A DNA stretch of 64,000 nt from Owenia fusiformis (taxonomy: Eukaryota): NCBI GenBank assembly GCA_903813345.2, contig CAIIXF020000001.1, positions 49,848,001 through 49,912,000 on the forward strand, read 5' to 3'. The notes below the pieces were generated by a model. The model made no database searches. It had not been told where the DNA came from and worked only from the letters and a program-made list of their open reading frames with translations. Made by a program: the position numbers and the translations under genes. Below are positions 25,547 through 36,750 of the stretch, in pieces. How positions within the stretch are numbered: position 1 is the stretch's first letter; the number at the start of each line of letters is the position of its first letter.

Positions 25547-26582
25547 ACCCTTTGCATTCGTTTGACTTCACTTCTTAAAAGAGAGCTTCGTCTTCAGTAG
25601 TAGTTTATAACTAGACTCTGCACGCAGGGTAGCCCAGTGGGTAAGCCTATGATGATGACCACGTACGCATCAAGACACAGTGCCAAACAGGCTACTGCAT
25701 ACGTAGTAAATAAATGACTTACTATGTTGTATTGTTTTTTCACAAAATGGGACCGAGGGACCACATAATGATAGAAATTAGAAAGGCTCTTCATTCAATT
25801 TTGATGACCAAACCTACGCAAATGACGTTTCTCTCTTAATGTACAAAAACGTGTACATAGTTACGGCAAATACGAAAATGAGCTGTCTGTGGCCTATGAT
25901 CATGGCACTATAAACCTAGAGAACATTTGTTTGCAATTAAGGCAGAAGAAAACTTTGCTAGTCTGTCGTCGTTCATCCTATTTCGTCCTCTTCGATGCTC
26001 TGAGCCAAAGCTGCCAGAGGCGTCTACCCTCTTTTGATATTTTGGGAAAAGTGAATAAGATAGACAGTCGGCGTACATACTCCAGTCTCAAAAATATAAT
26101 GAGGCACCAATATTGCTTTACGTAGGCCTACTCCACAAATCTCTAACTAATTATTTTGCCTCACTTTTTTCGGAAATGCTTAGATGAGAAGTAACAAATT
26201 TGGAGCACAATTTAAGATAGGAAGCGATTTTGTCGATTTTAAATTTCGGCTGAAGTTTAATCAGTTACTGAGCCTGACTGTTCTACATACTGATCTACAG
26301 GGTGTCTATTAAAGTATTTCCACAATTCCCACAAAAATTGTAAATTGTAATTGTAAATAGACTTTGTCAACACGCTGAACATTACATTTCGATATTATAA
26401 AGTGATCATGTTACATAAACAAAAGTTAGACATTGTATGATTGTTTCAATATGGTCCTTTGATTGCTTATTTTTTTAAGATTCAATTACCCTCGGCCTTT
26501 GCATTCGTTTGACTTCACTTCTTAAAAGAGAGCTTCGTCTTTAGTCTTTCTGTAGTTTAACTAGACTCTACACGCAGGGTAA
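25547..26582 (+). repeat. Two dispersed copies (~25547-25631 and ~26486-26582) of a ~90-bp mini-element with TACCCT...AGGGTA ends
   Basis: Identical core CCTTTGCATTCGTTTGACTTCACTTCTTAAAAGAGAGCTTCGTCTT and shared AACTAGACTCT..ACGCAGGGTA. Confidence 0.6.
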
Positions 26583-26951
26583 GATTCAATAGTACTGAAT
26601 GGAATTATGAATCTGACTTAAGTGCGGATCACATGGATGTAGTCGTGCTCTACTTATAACACCAGTGACAGGTGATGTAACCAGTGGCGGATACAATCAT
26701 TTAGTACTATGGTTGGCCTATTAGTATAAAGAATGCATGCGTTGTTTACGGGTGCGTAGGCGTTAATTACGCTCGTGCAAATGTTAAATTACGCCCGTAC
26801 AGACGTAAAATTACACCCGTAAATTATCGGCGTTAAAACTATAAATTGCGCCCGTTCAGACATTTATCTCGGGCGTTGAATAGCCTTTTATGGGCATAAG
26901 GCGTAAATTTGCGCGCGTTGATATATAAAATCTGGACCAATCAGAATCCCC

Positions 26952-28905
26952 CTTACATTTTAGTTTTGGGAGTGGTGACTTAGACCATGTCTTGAGACAT
27001 CACCCGTTGTGAACACGCATAAGTCATGCAATCTGTGTTGATTGCTGAGCGGTCTCGTTTAGGGGACCTGGGAGACATAGTCTAGTGTCTAAGCTTCCCC
27101 GAACCACCGTCAGTGATTATGTGACAGAGTATATTTAGTTGATCCTAGGATGATGACATTGGTGGTGTCACTCCTATTGTAATTTTTGTAGAGAAAGGCC
27201 GGACATCCCGATCCAGTAGTGGATCTTCTCCCTTACTTGTGAGTCACAGTAAGGGCCCAAGATGTTTCATGTGGTCCATGATATGTTCTTCATCAGCAGC
27301 CTAATGAGGGGGAGGGGGATGGGTTGTCCCCGATTTGGTTTTGTTTTGGGATTGTCTCCAGTTGGAGACAGTTAGTTGGGTACTAAGTAAATTGGTATCA
27401 TAGTTTGGTGGTGCAGATTGTGCCTGATTGTATTTAATAGTGTAGTTTAATTGATTCAGTAGCGGGTTGTGACTGACTCTGTTGCGGTGGTTGGTGCCAG
27501 GTTGTGTTGTGATGATTAAACAATGGTTTGATTTGAGTTTGGTCTCGTTGGCTATGTTGTATTGTGTTGGTTTGTTGTTTGGCTGTGCTCGATTATGTTA
27601 GTTTGATAGTCGATTGTGTTTTGGTGGTTGTTTGTCTGGTTGAGCCTGGTTGTGTTGTGTAAGTTGGTATCGGGTTGTGTCTCATTAAGTTATGTTAATT
27701 GCAAAGTGGTTGTGTTATGTTGTAATTGTGTTGTGCTGGTCGGGAAGCGGGTTGTGCCCAGTAGGATGAAGTATGTGGTTGTGTCAGATTGTGTTGCGTG
27801 ATTGACGTTGTTTTCAGAGAGTGTTGGTTGGTTGTTTTGGTATTCCGGTTTGGTTGTGCCTTATTGTGTTTTGTGTAAAATTGTGATGGCTTCATCAACA
27901 ATGGGTTGTGTTTTGGTTTCGTTGTTTTATTATTTGGTTGTGCCTAATTGTGTTGCGTATATTTGACAATTGGTTGTGTTTTCGGAGGTTAAAATAAGGC
28001 TGTAGTCTTGGGTTGTCCTGTATTGTGTTGTTGGCTTGTAGTTGGGTTGTGTCTGGTTGTTTTGTTTTAGCCTGGTTTCGAGTTGTGCTTCATTGTGTTA
28101 TGTTAATTTTAAAATGCGTTGTGTTATGTTGTGATTGTGTTATGCTGGTCGGAGGGCGAGTTGTGCCCAGTCGGTTGAGGTATCTGGTTGAGTCCGATTG
28201 TGTTGTGTGGTTGGTTGTACCTGATCGTTAAATGATGGGTGGTGGCGGGTTGTGCCCGATTATGTTATGATAGGTGGTCGATTGTGCCTAGTCGGGTAAG
28301 GTATTTGGTTGTGTTCGGTTGTGTTGTGTGATTGTTGTAATCTCTAGTTCGAGAAAGTTGGTTGTGTGTGTTGGGATTTAAGTTTGGTTGTTCCTGATTG
28401 TGTTTTGATAGTTTGGTTGTGTTGTGTGGTTGTGCCAAATTGTGTTGTGCTAATTTGACAGTGGGTTGTGTTCTTGGTAATTTTGAGTTAAGTTGCGTTC
28501 TAATTCTTCAAACACTGGTTGTGTTGCGTTGTTGGTGATCTTATGGGTTGTGCTTGGTTGTAATGGTTGGTTGTGATAGGTTATGTATTAAGTAGCAGGT
28601 TATGCCGAATTGTGTTTTGGTGTATCGTGGAGTTTAGATACAAGTTAGTGGTTTGGGGCATTATAGTGTAGGTATATTCGTTAATTCTTGGTAGAGTCAA
28701 AAGTTTAATGTATTTGTGTACATTATTAGTATATGCGATAGGTTTGGTACCTATTCATACATAGTGAGATCTCTAGTGTGAGAAGTGCACCTGGTATGAT
28801 GGGCGTTAGCCTTGCGTTGTTCTTTGGTTCTGTGAGATAGTTTCTTGTTGTTCATTGCATCTCAGAAAGACATGGTCTAAGTCACCACTCCCAAAATTAT
28901 GTAAG
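26952..28905 (-). mobile_element. Non-coding element bounded by inverted repeats, with a CA-rich (minus-strand) body and a structured 3' region
   Basis: Perfect 30-bp inverted repeat TTTTGGGAGTGGTGACTTAGACCATGTCTT (26964-26993 / 28867-28896), extended by CTTACAT/ATGTAAG. It sits at the centre of the IS3EU-like palindrome. No long ORF. Strand is assigned from the ribozyme-like motif. Confidence 0.65.
27196..27302 (-). ncRNA. Type I hammerhead ribozyme-like motif (stem II non-canonical)
   Basis: Minus strand: stem I AGGCUG/CGGCCU; core CUGAUGA (27296-27290); GAAA (27268-27265); stem III ACAUCUUG/CGGGAUGU; GUC cleavage triplet (27204-27202). Stem III encloses two extra hairpins. Confidence 0.65.
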
Positions 28906-30311
28906 CAAGGCGTTGATTGGTTCATAATTTACGGCGTTAAACATAAACTGGACGGGCGCGAAGATGCTACTCAGCGCGTGTTAAATAACGTCTTGACGCC
29001 CGCAATTAACCTTTTTAACGCCGTGACTTTACGCCTGTATATGATATTTGAACGCCTGTAGAATTAACTTTTTCACGAGCGTAAATTACGCCTTTACGGG
29101 CGTAATTTACGCCTATACGGGCGTAATTTACGTCTGCTCGGGCGTAAGTTACGTCTGCACGGGTGTAATTTTACGTCTGTACGGGCGTAATTTAACATTT
29201 GCACGAGCGTAATTAACGCCTACACACCCGTAAACAACGCATGCATTCTTTATACTAATAGGCCAACCATATAGTCCTGATGATACGACGTCAGATCACG
29301 ACGTGACACTGTAATTGTTCAATTTACAAACAAAATAGCTAGGCTCGGTTTGAAGAACAGTCTCCTGGGCTAATAATTTTTTCCTGCAAAATATAGAAAT
29401 ATCACCCAAATCAAATTATGAATCTTCAAGTCTCGATTTGGAGAAAGAAGTGTACTACGTTAATAATTTTTTTTATAGAAATCTAGAAAGATCACCCAAA
29501 TCAAATTATGACTATTCAAAAAAGACATTCAAATCTATATTCTGTAAAAAATCAAAGTCCGAAGCAGGGGTAACGCTCAATTAGAGTGATGAACCTATTC
29601 ATTCTCCAAACAGAGAATGGTCTTTCTAGTTTTACGTGATAAATACGAGCGAAGTTCCTGAGATTTATTGTTAAAGTTTTAAAACTCGAGGGATCTTTTT
29701 GAAATTACAAGTTTGGTTCAGATCAACCCGAGACTAACATAGAATCAACGTACACTCCAATATGACTTCATATTAAAAACCCGATGCCTTATGATAGGCA
29801 CAATTAGAATCATCTGAAAGTGGACATTTAAAATAATGTTTTTTAAGACTTGAATACATGTCAATCGTAAGCAACCTTTTACCCATTTTGTTCTTTTCAA
29901 TTAAGTTAAAATAATGATTAAACCAAAAGACAAGCAAACAGTCCTGACCTGCCAACCTATCGTTTTTACTGGAATGTATGATAATTGTTTACTGAAATTC
30001 AACGTAGCCTATTACTATATTTAATGAAAATTACGTATTTCTAATAAAAATGATTTGCCGATATACACGATGTAATGTTACGTGCGTTTTCTTGTCAGGA
30101 TAAAAGTGACTAACCATTTAAGCACACCATTAGAAAGCTATTTTTGTCATATTGAATGTAGTTTTACCAAACTGACGTAAAACTGAGAAATCAAACATTA
30201 TACAATATAGTGACTGTCATTGAGGGCAATAGTGTAAATTATTTCCCTGAGGGAATATCCTCTAAAATGTACTATTCCCGAAGCTGCAATTTTAAAGACA
30301 GACAATGTTAA

Positions 30312-30476
30312 GGCCAGGGTGCATGTTCGGAATTTGGCTGGAACCCTCAATAGGATCACAATGTTAATTTTCTAATTTGAATCACTCCCAATGTGGGGAA
30401 GGAGTGATTCCTGTTTGAAAAATAACATGTCACTCAATTGAGGAATGGAGCAAAATTCCAAACATGCACCCTGGCC
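30312..30476. mobile_element. 165-bp MITE with TTAA target duplication (Kolobok-like GG..CC ends)
   Basis: TTAA|GGCCAGGGTGCATGTTCGGAATT ... AATTCCAAACATGCACCCTGGCC|TTAA; interior also palindromic. Confidence 0.75.
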
Positions 30477-31164
30477 TTAAGTCTTTTATTTTTGTTATTT
30501 TCATACTTAATATTTGCAATGTTATGAACGTTTTCTCGTGATCTAATGAAAATTGGTCTAACAAATGAGACGTAAACCCAAAATATAATATATTAATTAA
30601 TATCGGGAAATAAATAATATTTTTTGATCGATAAAAGTATATGTTCGCCCAGTTGTTTTAGACGCAACTTGGATAATCTGCAACGTACGCTTTATTGTGT
30701 TATAATTCTTATGGAAAGAGCAACTACCAAACAGCAAATGATTACTGTGCTTTCTGACTTCCCGGCTTCATAAAAAGATCATTGACACTGTGTTCCTAAC
30801 TCAAAAAGTTACTTTCAGTTTGTTGAAATAAAGATGAGCTGAAAATGATTGTGAACAGCTTTCAATCCTCAGTCTAAATATCGCTTTCAATGGTTTAACT
30901 GCCGACTTCGTATGAACATTTGTGCATATTTAAAAAATCATGGGAGAAGGTTTTAAACCATGCAATCATCTCTAAAACCAGAAAAATAAAGCCCTGGCCG
31001 ATTTCAGTTTGATCCTCACAATATGGAATTTTGAGAAGAATAACTACTTTCTAAATTTTTTGGTACATTTCAAAATGTTCAGAAATGTTCAGGGTGTAGC
31101 AAATGACATCCAAATTCTAAAATTTCTTCAGACCCCTTGTTGGTTGGGCTTTGGCCTTCATCAG

Positions 31165-31760
31165 TGTCAAGATTTAGGGACAAAAATTTATGTCATTTTA
31201 AAGCAAAGCTTTTTTCTTTACAATGACGAGTTGAGAAATTTAAAAACACCCCACTTACTGAACAGTCTTTTCACCAAGTTATCAAAATTTGAAACACCCA
31301 ACTTAGTCACCCGCTTTCAATCTATTAGGATGCAAAGATGTGAACTTTTAATTCAGGCAATTTTAAAAAGCTTTACATTGGCCATATTCCTTTTACACAT
31401 TCTTGGACTTAGATTATTTACGATTTATAAAAGTGAAATTTTATAGCATGCATTTTCAAGAACCTTTACATTGGCCATATTCCTTTACATTCTTGGACTT
31501 AGATTAAAAAAGTTAGAAAATAAAAGTTCACAACTTTCAGTCGTAAAATAATCTAAGTCCAAGAATGTAAAGGAATATGGCCAATGTAAAGCTTTTGGAA
31601 AATGCATGCCTTCAAAGTTATCATGTTTACATCCTTATATATTTAAAGCGGGTGAAAAGACTGTTCAGTAAGTGGGGTGTTTTTAAATTTCTCAACTCGT
31701 CATTGTAAAGATAAAAAGCTTTTCTTTAAAACGACAGTTTTTTTCCCCTAGATTTTGACA
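31165..31760. mobile_element. Foldback/palindromic non-autonomous element
   Basis: CTTTACAATGACGAGTTGAGAAATTTAAAAACACCCCACTTACTGAACAGTCTTTTCACC with its reverse complement at ~31651-31710; inner inverted block TTTACATTGGCCATATTCC. Confidence 0.7.
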
Positions 31761-32114
31761 TGTATTTTGGCCTTCTTTGCTCATCTATCGGCTTCCATTT
31801 CAACAATCAAGGCGCACCCCCTAAACTGAAATCCTGGCAACTTTGGATCACCGGAACGTTTGTTTTTGAGGCCACGTTTTCATTTTAACCCTGTGTACAG
31901 ATTTGTATACAGATTATTCAAGCTATGATCTTGAAAACTGATCAGTATATTAACAATATGAAGGTCAAAAGTTTGAACAAAGGGTAATGGAGAAGCGTAA
32001 CATCAAAGAACGGCCCACTTTTTGCCCACCTGATATTATATGTACATGGATAAAACATTACAAAGTAAAATTATTGAGGGGCACCTAAGTTGCTGATCCT
32101 ATCCCACAGGGATT

Positions 32115-35052
32115 TTAAGTTATTGTGTCAGTTGAAGATTGTGGTCTTGTTTTGTCACTATTTCTTGCAGTGTGATCTTTGTTAAATGAAAATGTGGAGG
32201 AAAATGTAATATTACTTTCATTTATGAACATTATAACATAAATCTTTGGCGCAAATAAACAGAGTATAGAAACAAGCCCTGTCAACATGAACATGACAGA
32301 GAACAACATCTGCTGGTGCTTTGCTCGATATGTTATGAAATATGTGGGGACAAATGACAACCAAAGAAACAGTGTAGCACACACAGATAACAGAATGTGT
32401 AAGGTTTCATTGAAATTGTCAGGTAGTTTTCTTGTTAGAAAAGCCAATGCTGCAGTTGCTAAGACAAGCACCAAGTTGTAGACTATTGATGCAATCATGC
32501 TCCACATTGGGAAATCACAAACCACTTCTACAAACTTATCTGTCTCAACAGGCATTCTCTTTATCACATCTGGAGGAGCCATCAGTATCACTCCAACAGA
32601 TATTCCAACCTAAATGGTAATATACAATATAACATACCTAGATATAGCTCCATGCATACTTTAGCATATATTTCTGATACAATATTTAACAAATTGTAAT
32701 TTAGTAGATATATTATCAATTTGAACTGTTTTTATCACTGGTATATATGCTCTTACTCCTAGAGGCAGTATGACCTTCTCAATGTCAGGCCATACTGGAC
32801 TTGAAAAACTAGGTTATACTTGCTTTGCAAGTGATAGAAGAGGAAAAAGTTATCAACAGAATATTTATAAAGTATATTATTTACACATACATTATTTTAA
32901 TCTGACATATATTGGTTATAACTGTGTATATAGTTTTCAACTTTCCTACCTGAATTGTGATCAGTGCAAAGGTTATGATCAGTGATTTCTTTATCTCAAT
33001 CCACTTGGGAAGCTTCCTCTGCATTTTAGAACCTGCCCTAAATATGTAGTGAATTCTTGCAACTTTGACAAGTAATGGTGCATATAGAATTGTGAAGCCA
33101 ATGCTGAAGCCAACACGTCCACAGTAGCACATGATCACACTGGGGTTGAGAAGATACACAAAGCTGATCCCATAAACCAGCACTGTGGCAATGAGAAGAA
33201 AGTATATGAACTCCTTTGTTGAAGCTTTGATTATCTTTTCATTCCTCCAATATATGAACAAGCCAAGTATAAATAATGTTGCAGTCATTCCAAGTGATGC
33301 TAAAACAAAGAGGGATGTGAATAAATAGTCAGATGTTAGCTTGATGAGGTCTGGCTCTATCAGAGTACATGTTGTAGCTGTGCTTTCATCTGGCCATTCA
33401 AATGTTGGGCAATGTGAACAGTATGAATTGTTGATGGTGATGTCATTAGGGTAACATTTGAAGCAGTCCCAACAACATGGCAGCTCAAGCTGAATTTTGA
33501 TTTCACCGACATCACATTCCTGGCTGCAGATAGAATTGGGAGCAGTTTTGCTGTTATTATACCAATACACATCTCGAGTGTAGAGGTCAAGTGTTTCTGT
33601 TGTACGAATCCAAGAACCAATTTCAATGACTTCATACCCAGTGTCCCTGTTTGGGATGAAGTGCTTGATCACATAACCAGCTCCTTTTGCATCGCCATTT
33701 TCATCAAATGATATTATACCAGAACTGCCTCTGAAGTCCAGTTCCCTTATAAATGCTGTCAAGTCAGACTTCTGTACACAATGCAAGAGATCTTTCTTAT
33801 TACCTATAGCTTCAACACAATGTTTCTTGATGAGATTGTCAAGTGCATACCCAAAGGCATAAACTGTGTCGATTAAGAGAGGAACCCAAGGAGTCTTTTT
33901 ATGCTTTTCTGATTCTGTAAGAGATTTGAAGTTTGTACAGAGTGGACGGTTGTCAGTAGAATTAACATCCCAGATGCAGTCAAATGCTAGCTCCCAGAAA
34001 GCTTTAAACCAGGGATTTTGGGGATTGTTCCATGGAGTCAAGTTTTCATAATGTGTGATGAAGTCATAGTCAGGTTGAGCTTTCAGTTGAATAGAAAATG
34101 CCCCATGTACTGTTTCTGAGAACTTCTCTACTTCTGGTTCTTCAAAGGTATCTGATCCAATCCAGATGAATTCACCTTGTGCATTGTATTTGTCAATATA
34201 GGTCAACAATTCTCCGATATGTATTGGTTCCAAGAATAAAACTACGACTTTTGCCTTCTTTCTTTTTAAGTTTTGCACTATTTCATCATAGATTGTATAA
34301 TCGGTGATAGTGACCGGGAGCATACCTAGGTATGCATTGCACAGACCTTTAGTTTTTGCTATGCGATTTACATGCCCCATACCATTTGCTCCATATGCTC
34401 CTTCAGAGTATACCATAGAGTAATAGCTCCAGTCAAAGTATAACATGACATCAACCATGGCTTGGGCCTGGAACCTATCTGGTGGAACCACCCTACTGAA
34501 GTATGGATAGTCATCATTGTTGCTCAGAATATCACTTGTAGACACAGAGGCAATCTGGGGAATCGAGAAAATATTCAAAAAATTGGCAATCAGTTGATTT
34601 CTTCGACTTCCAATTTGACTGACAAGTCCCACAATCTCCTTGAATCTTGATTTGATATTTGATGATATGTTGTCGCAAGCTTTGGTTTCCTCACTCATTG
34701 GTATGAAATGCAACATCCCAGCAAGACTTGCAGATGTTCGTAGGCAAATATCTAGTGTTGTGAAACCTAGTGTCACATTTGGTAGAATGTCCCTCCTTGC
34801 ATTGATCTTGTTGACTGCAAAAGCAACTGCCTCCACAAGCTGCATTGATGTGAGATAGTATAGACTTTCACTACAAAGTGCATCTCTTGTTGCTCCTGGG
34901 CCTGATATTATAAAAGGTGCTGCTAATATCAGGTCACCATCTTGATTATATGTCTTTGAAGACAATTTATTCTGAATTTGGAAATATCCAAAAACATGCC
35001 CCATTGTTGTCAGTGTCAGAATTAAAACTATCTTCATCTTGTCTTGATTCAT
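32115..35052 (-). CDS. Class C GPCR (mGluR-like amino-acid receptor), copy 1; exons 35052-32950 and 32609-32115; ~865 aa
   Basis: Signal peptide; Venus flytrap domain (VEAVAFAVNKIN..ILPNVTLG, IPQIAS, YFSRVVPPD, WIGSD, NPWF..FW); nine-Cys domain (CSQEC..CCWDCFKC..C..C..WP..C); 7TM with TRKLPDNFNE and LFAPKIY. Phase-0 intron CAG|gtagga...tttag|GTT. Confidence 0.95.
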
Positions 35053-35244
35053 ATTTGGTATTTTAGTTAGATGTCCATTTTTACATTCAAAATCGAAAGA
35101 TGATCTCCAATTATATGGCCACTTCTAGCTCTCACTCTAAGAGACCTTGTGTTAGACTTTTATGAGCAACTCATTATACTTGGCACATAATTTATTGATA
35201 GGCTTACAATTACATAGGCTCATTGGATAATTGTTTGATGTATA

Positions 35245-35771
35245 CATGGGCTTTCAACTAGAAGGGTAGGCAACTTCCCATATTTCATACAAAAGCATTG
35301 CCTTTGGGTTTTCAAAATTGGAGAATGTACACATTCCAAGAAAATCTTATATTGTATGTATCTTTATGGATGATTAAGAGAAATAACTCAAAAATAAAAA
35401 CATGATTATCTACATATATGTTGATAATTTAATAAAAAATGGAATTCATCATAATTATGACAATACAGAAAGTGAACATTCCCCCACAAATTATGTTTTT
35501 ATTGGAATGTGTTCTTGAATATTTACCCACAATTCAATACTCAAAGAGAACATCTTGATACCACTTTTTCTTATTGTTCTTTTTGTTTACTTTTACATGA
35601 GATTGAATATATCTTTTGAAAATTGATTTTTAATCAAAATAATACTAAAACATATACATTTATCTAATACTTTTTGAAATATTACGCATAAAAGGGAAGC
35701 ATGGCACTGCTCATTTTGAAAGTCTCATGTTATTACACAGAGTTGCATACCCTTCTAATTGAAAGCCCATG
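35245..35771. mobile_element. P-element-like MITE with 7-bp TSD
   Basis: ATGTATA|CATGGGCTTTCAACTAGAAGGGTAGGCAACT ... AGTTGCATACCCTTCTAATTGAAAGCCCATG|ATGTATA; truncated left-end copy at ~11260-11430. Confidence 0.7.
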
Positions 35772-36750
35772 ATGTATATAAGGCACTTAACATGCACTTA
35801 TATGAAATTAACGGGGTAGCTACTTTTGCATTTCTGTGTTGAATCCTACGCAGGTTTACCGTAATATAGTAGCCTTTTGGAATCAAATTACAAATGTTCA
35901 GTTTCATCACATGCACATTAAAAATCAATTGGTTCACTTTTCCTTCTTTTTAATCACATGTTTGGGTTCAGTGAAAAGTATGCCAGTATGCCATTCCAGT
36001 TTTAGACAGATTCAACCAACACTTTTTGAAAAATCATGAAATTAAGTGACTATTGCAAGTTTCACCACTGAAACCTTTGGCACTACATGTATATTTTTCA
36101 ATCGAATTGTTGGTCTATTTTTTTCTATTCTTGAAATAGTACATATTATACATTAATTAACTTTACTGTGTTTATTTTCATATTAAGTGATAAAGGAAAA
36201 TCATAATACGCATCATCTGATTCTTTTTCATATTTTCATTCTAGGAGTAAATTTTCTTTGCCTCATTGTAAGCTAAGCCCATGCATGATTATAACCTAAA
36301 TGTCATCAATCATTACAACTTTTAAAGTCTGAAAATCCTATTGGGCAAAAGAGAGAAAAGGGATCTTTATTTCACTCAATATTTTCAATTTGAGACTACG
36401 TGTACATTAATACAATTTCAGTTATGTAAATATGACCAGGAATGACCAAAAAACACTTTGAGGTCAATTTTAAGTGCAAATAATTCCATTTTATTAAATG
36501 GCCTTATATGAGGTACAATGATTTAAACAATCCAGATTTCACTATTGCAGTACCTTTCCTCTGTTTAGACTTGCAGAAAATGTCTTTCATAAGGTATAAT
36601 GTACGAGTACATCCATATACTCTTCTTTAATCCAGTGTCCATGCAACCAATATCTTACACGATTGGAGTGTATTCAAATAATGTCCATATATTTCATACA
36701 TATCAAATAAGTTACAATTATACATTTATATGTGTAAGTATATATTCCTC

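Larger units (their letters stand above)
26708..29271. mobile_element. IS3EU-like non-autonomous TIR element (host of a nested insertion)
   Basis: ~113-bp near-perfect TIRs beginning TATGGTTGGCC / ending GGCCAACCATA. Flanks TAGTAC / TAGTCC (5/6 match to a 6-bp TSD). TAY..RTA termini with a 6-bp TSD are the IS3EU signature. Internal ~20-bp ACGGGCGTAATTTACGCC subrepeats. Confidence 0.7.

Noticed and set aside
27616..28231. Val/Cys/Leu-rich and Gln/Thr/His-rich short ORFs
   Set aside because: By-products of the GT/CA compositional skew; short and interrupted.
29277..29310. Second CTGATGA as a possible hammerhead core (also near 9327 and 51515)
   Set aside because: No correctly placed GAAA with stems I and III.
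32881..32949. ORF-track C-termini suggesting truncated class C GPCRs (also 44330-44491 and 50935-50958)
   Set aside because: These are read-through into the intron; splicing at CAG|gt restores the full 7TM in all three copies, so they are not pseudogenes.
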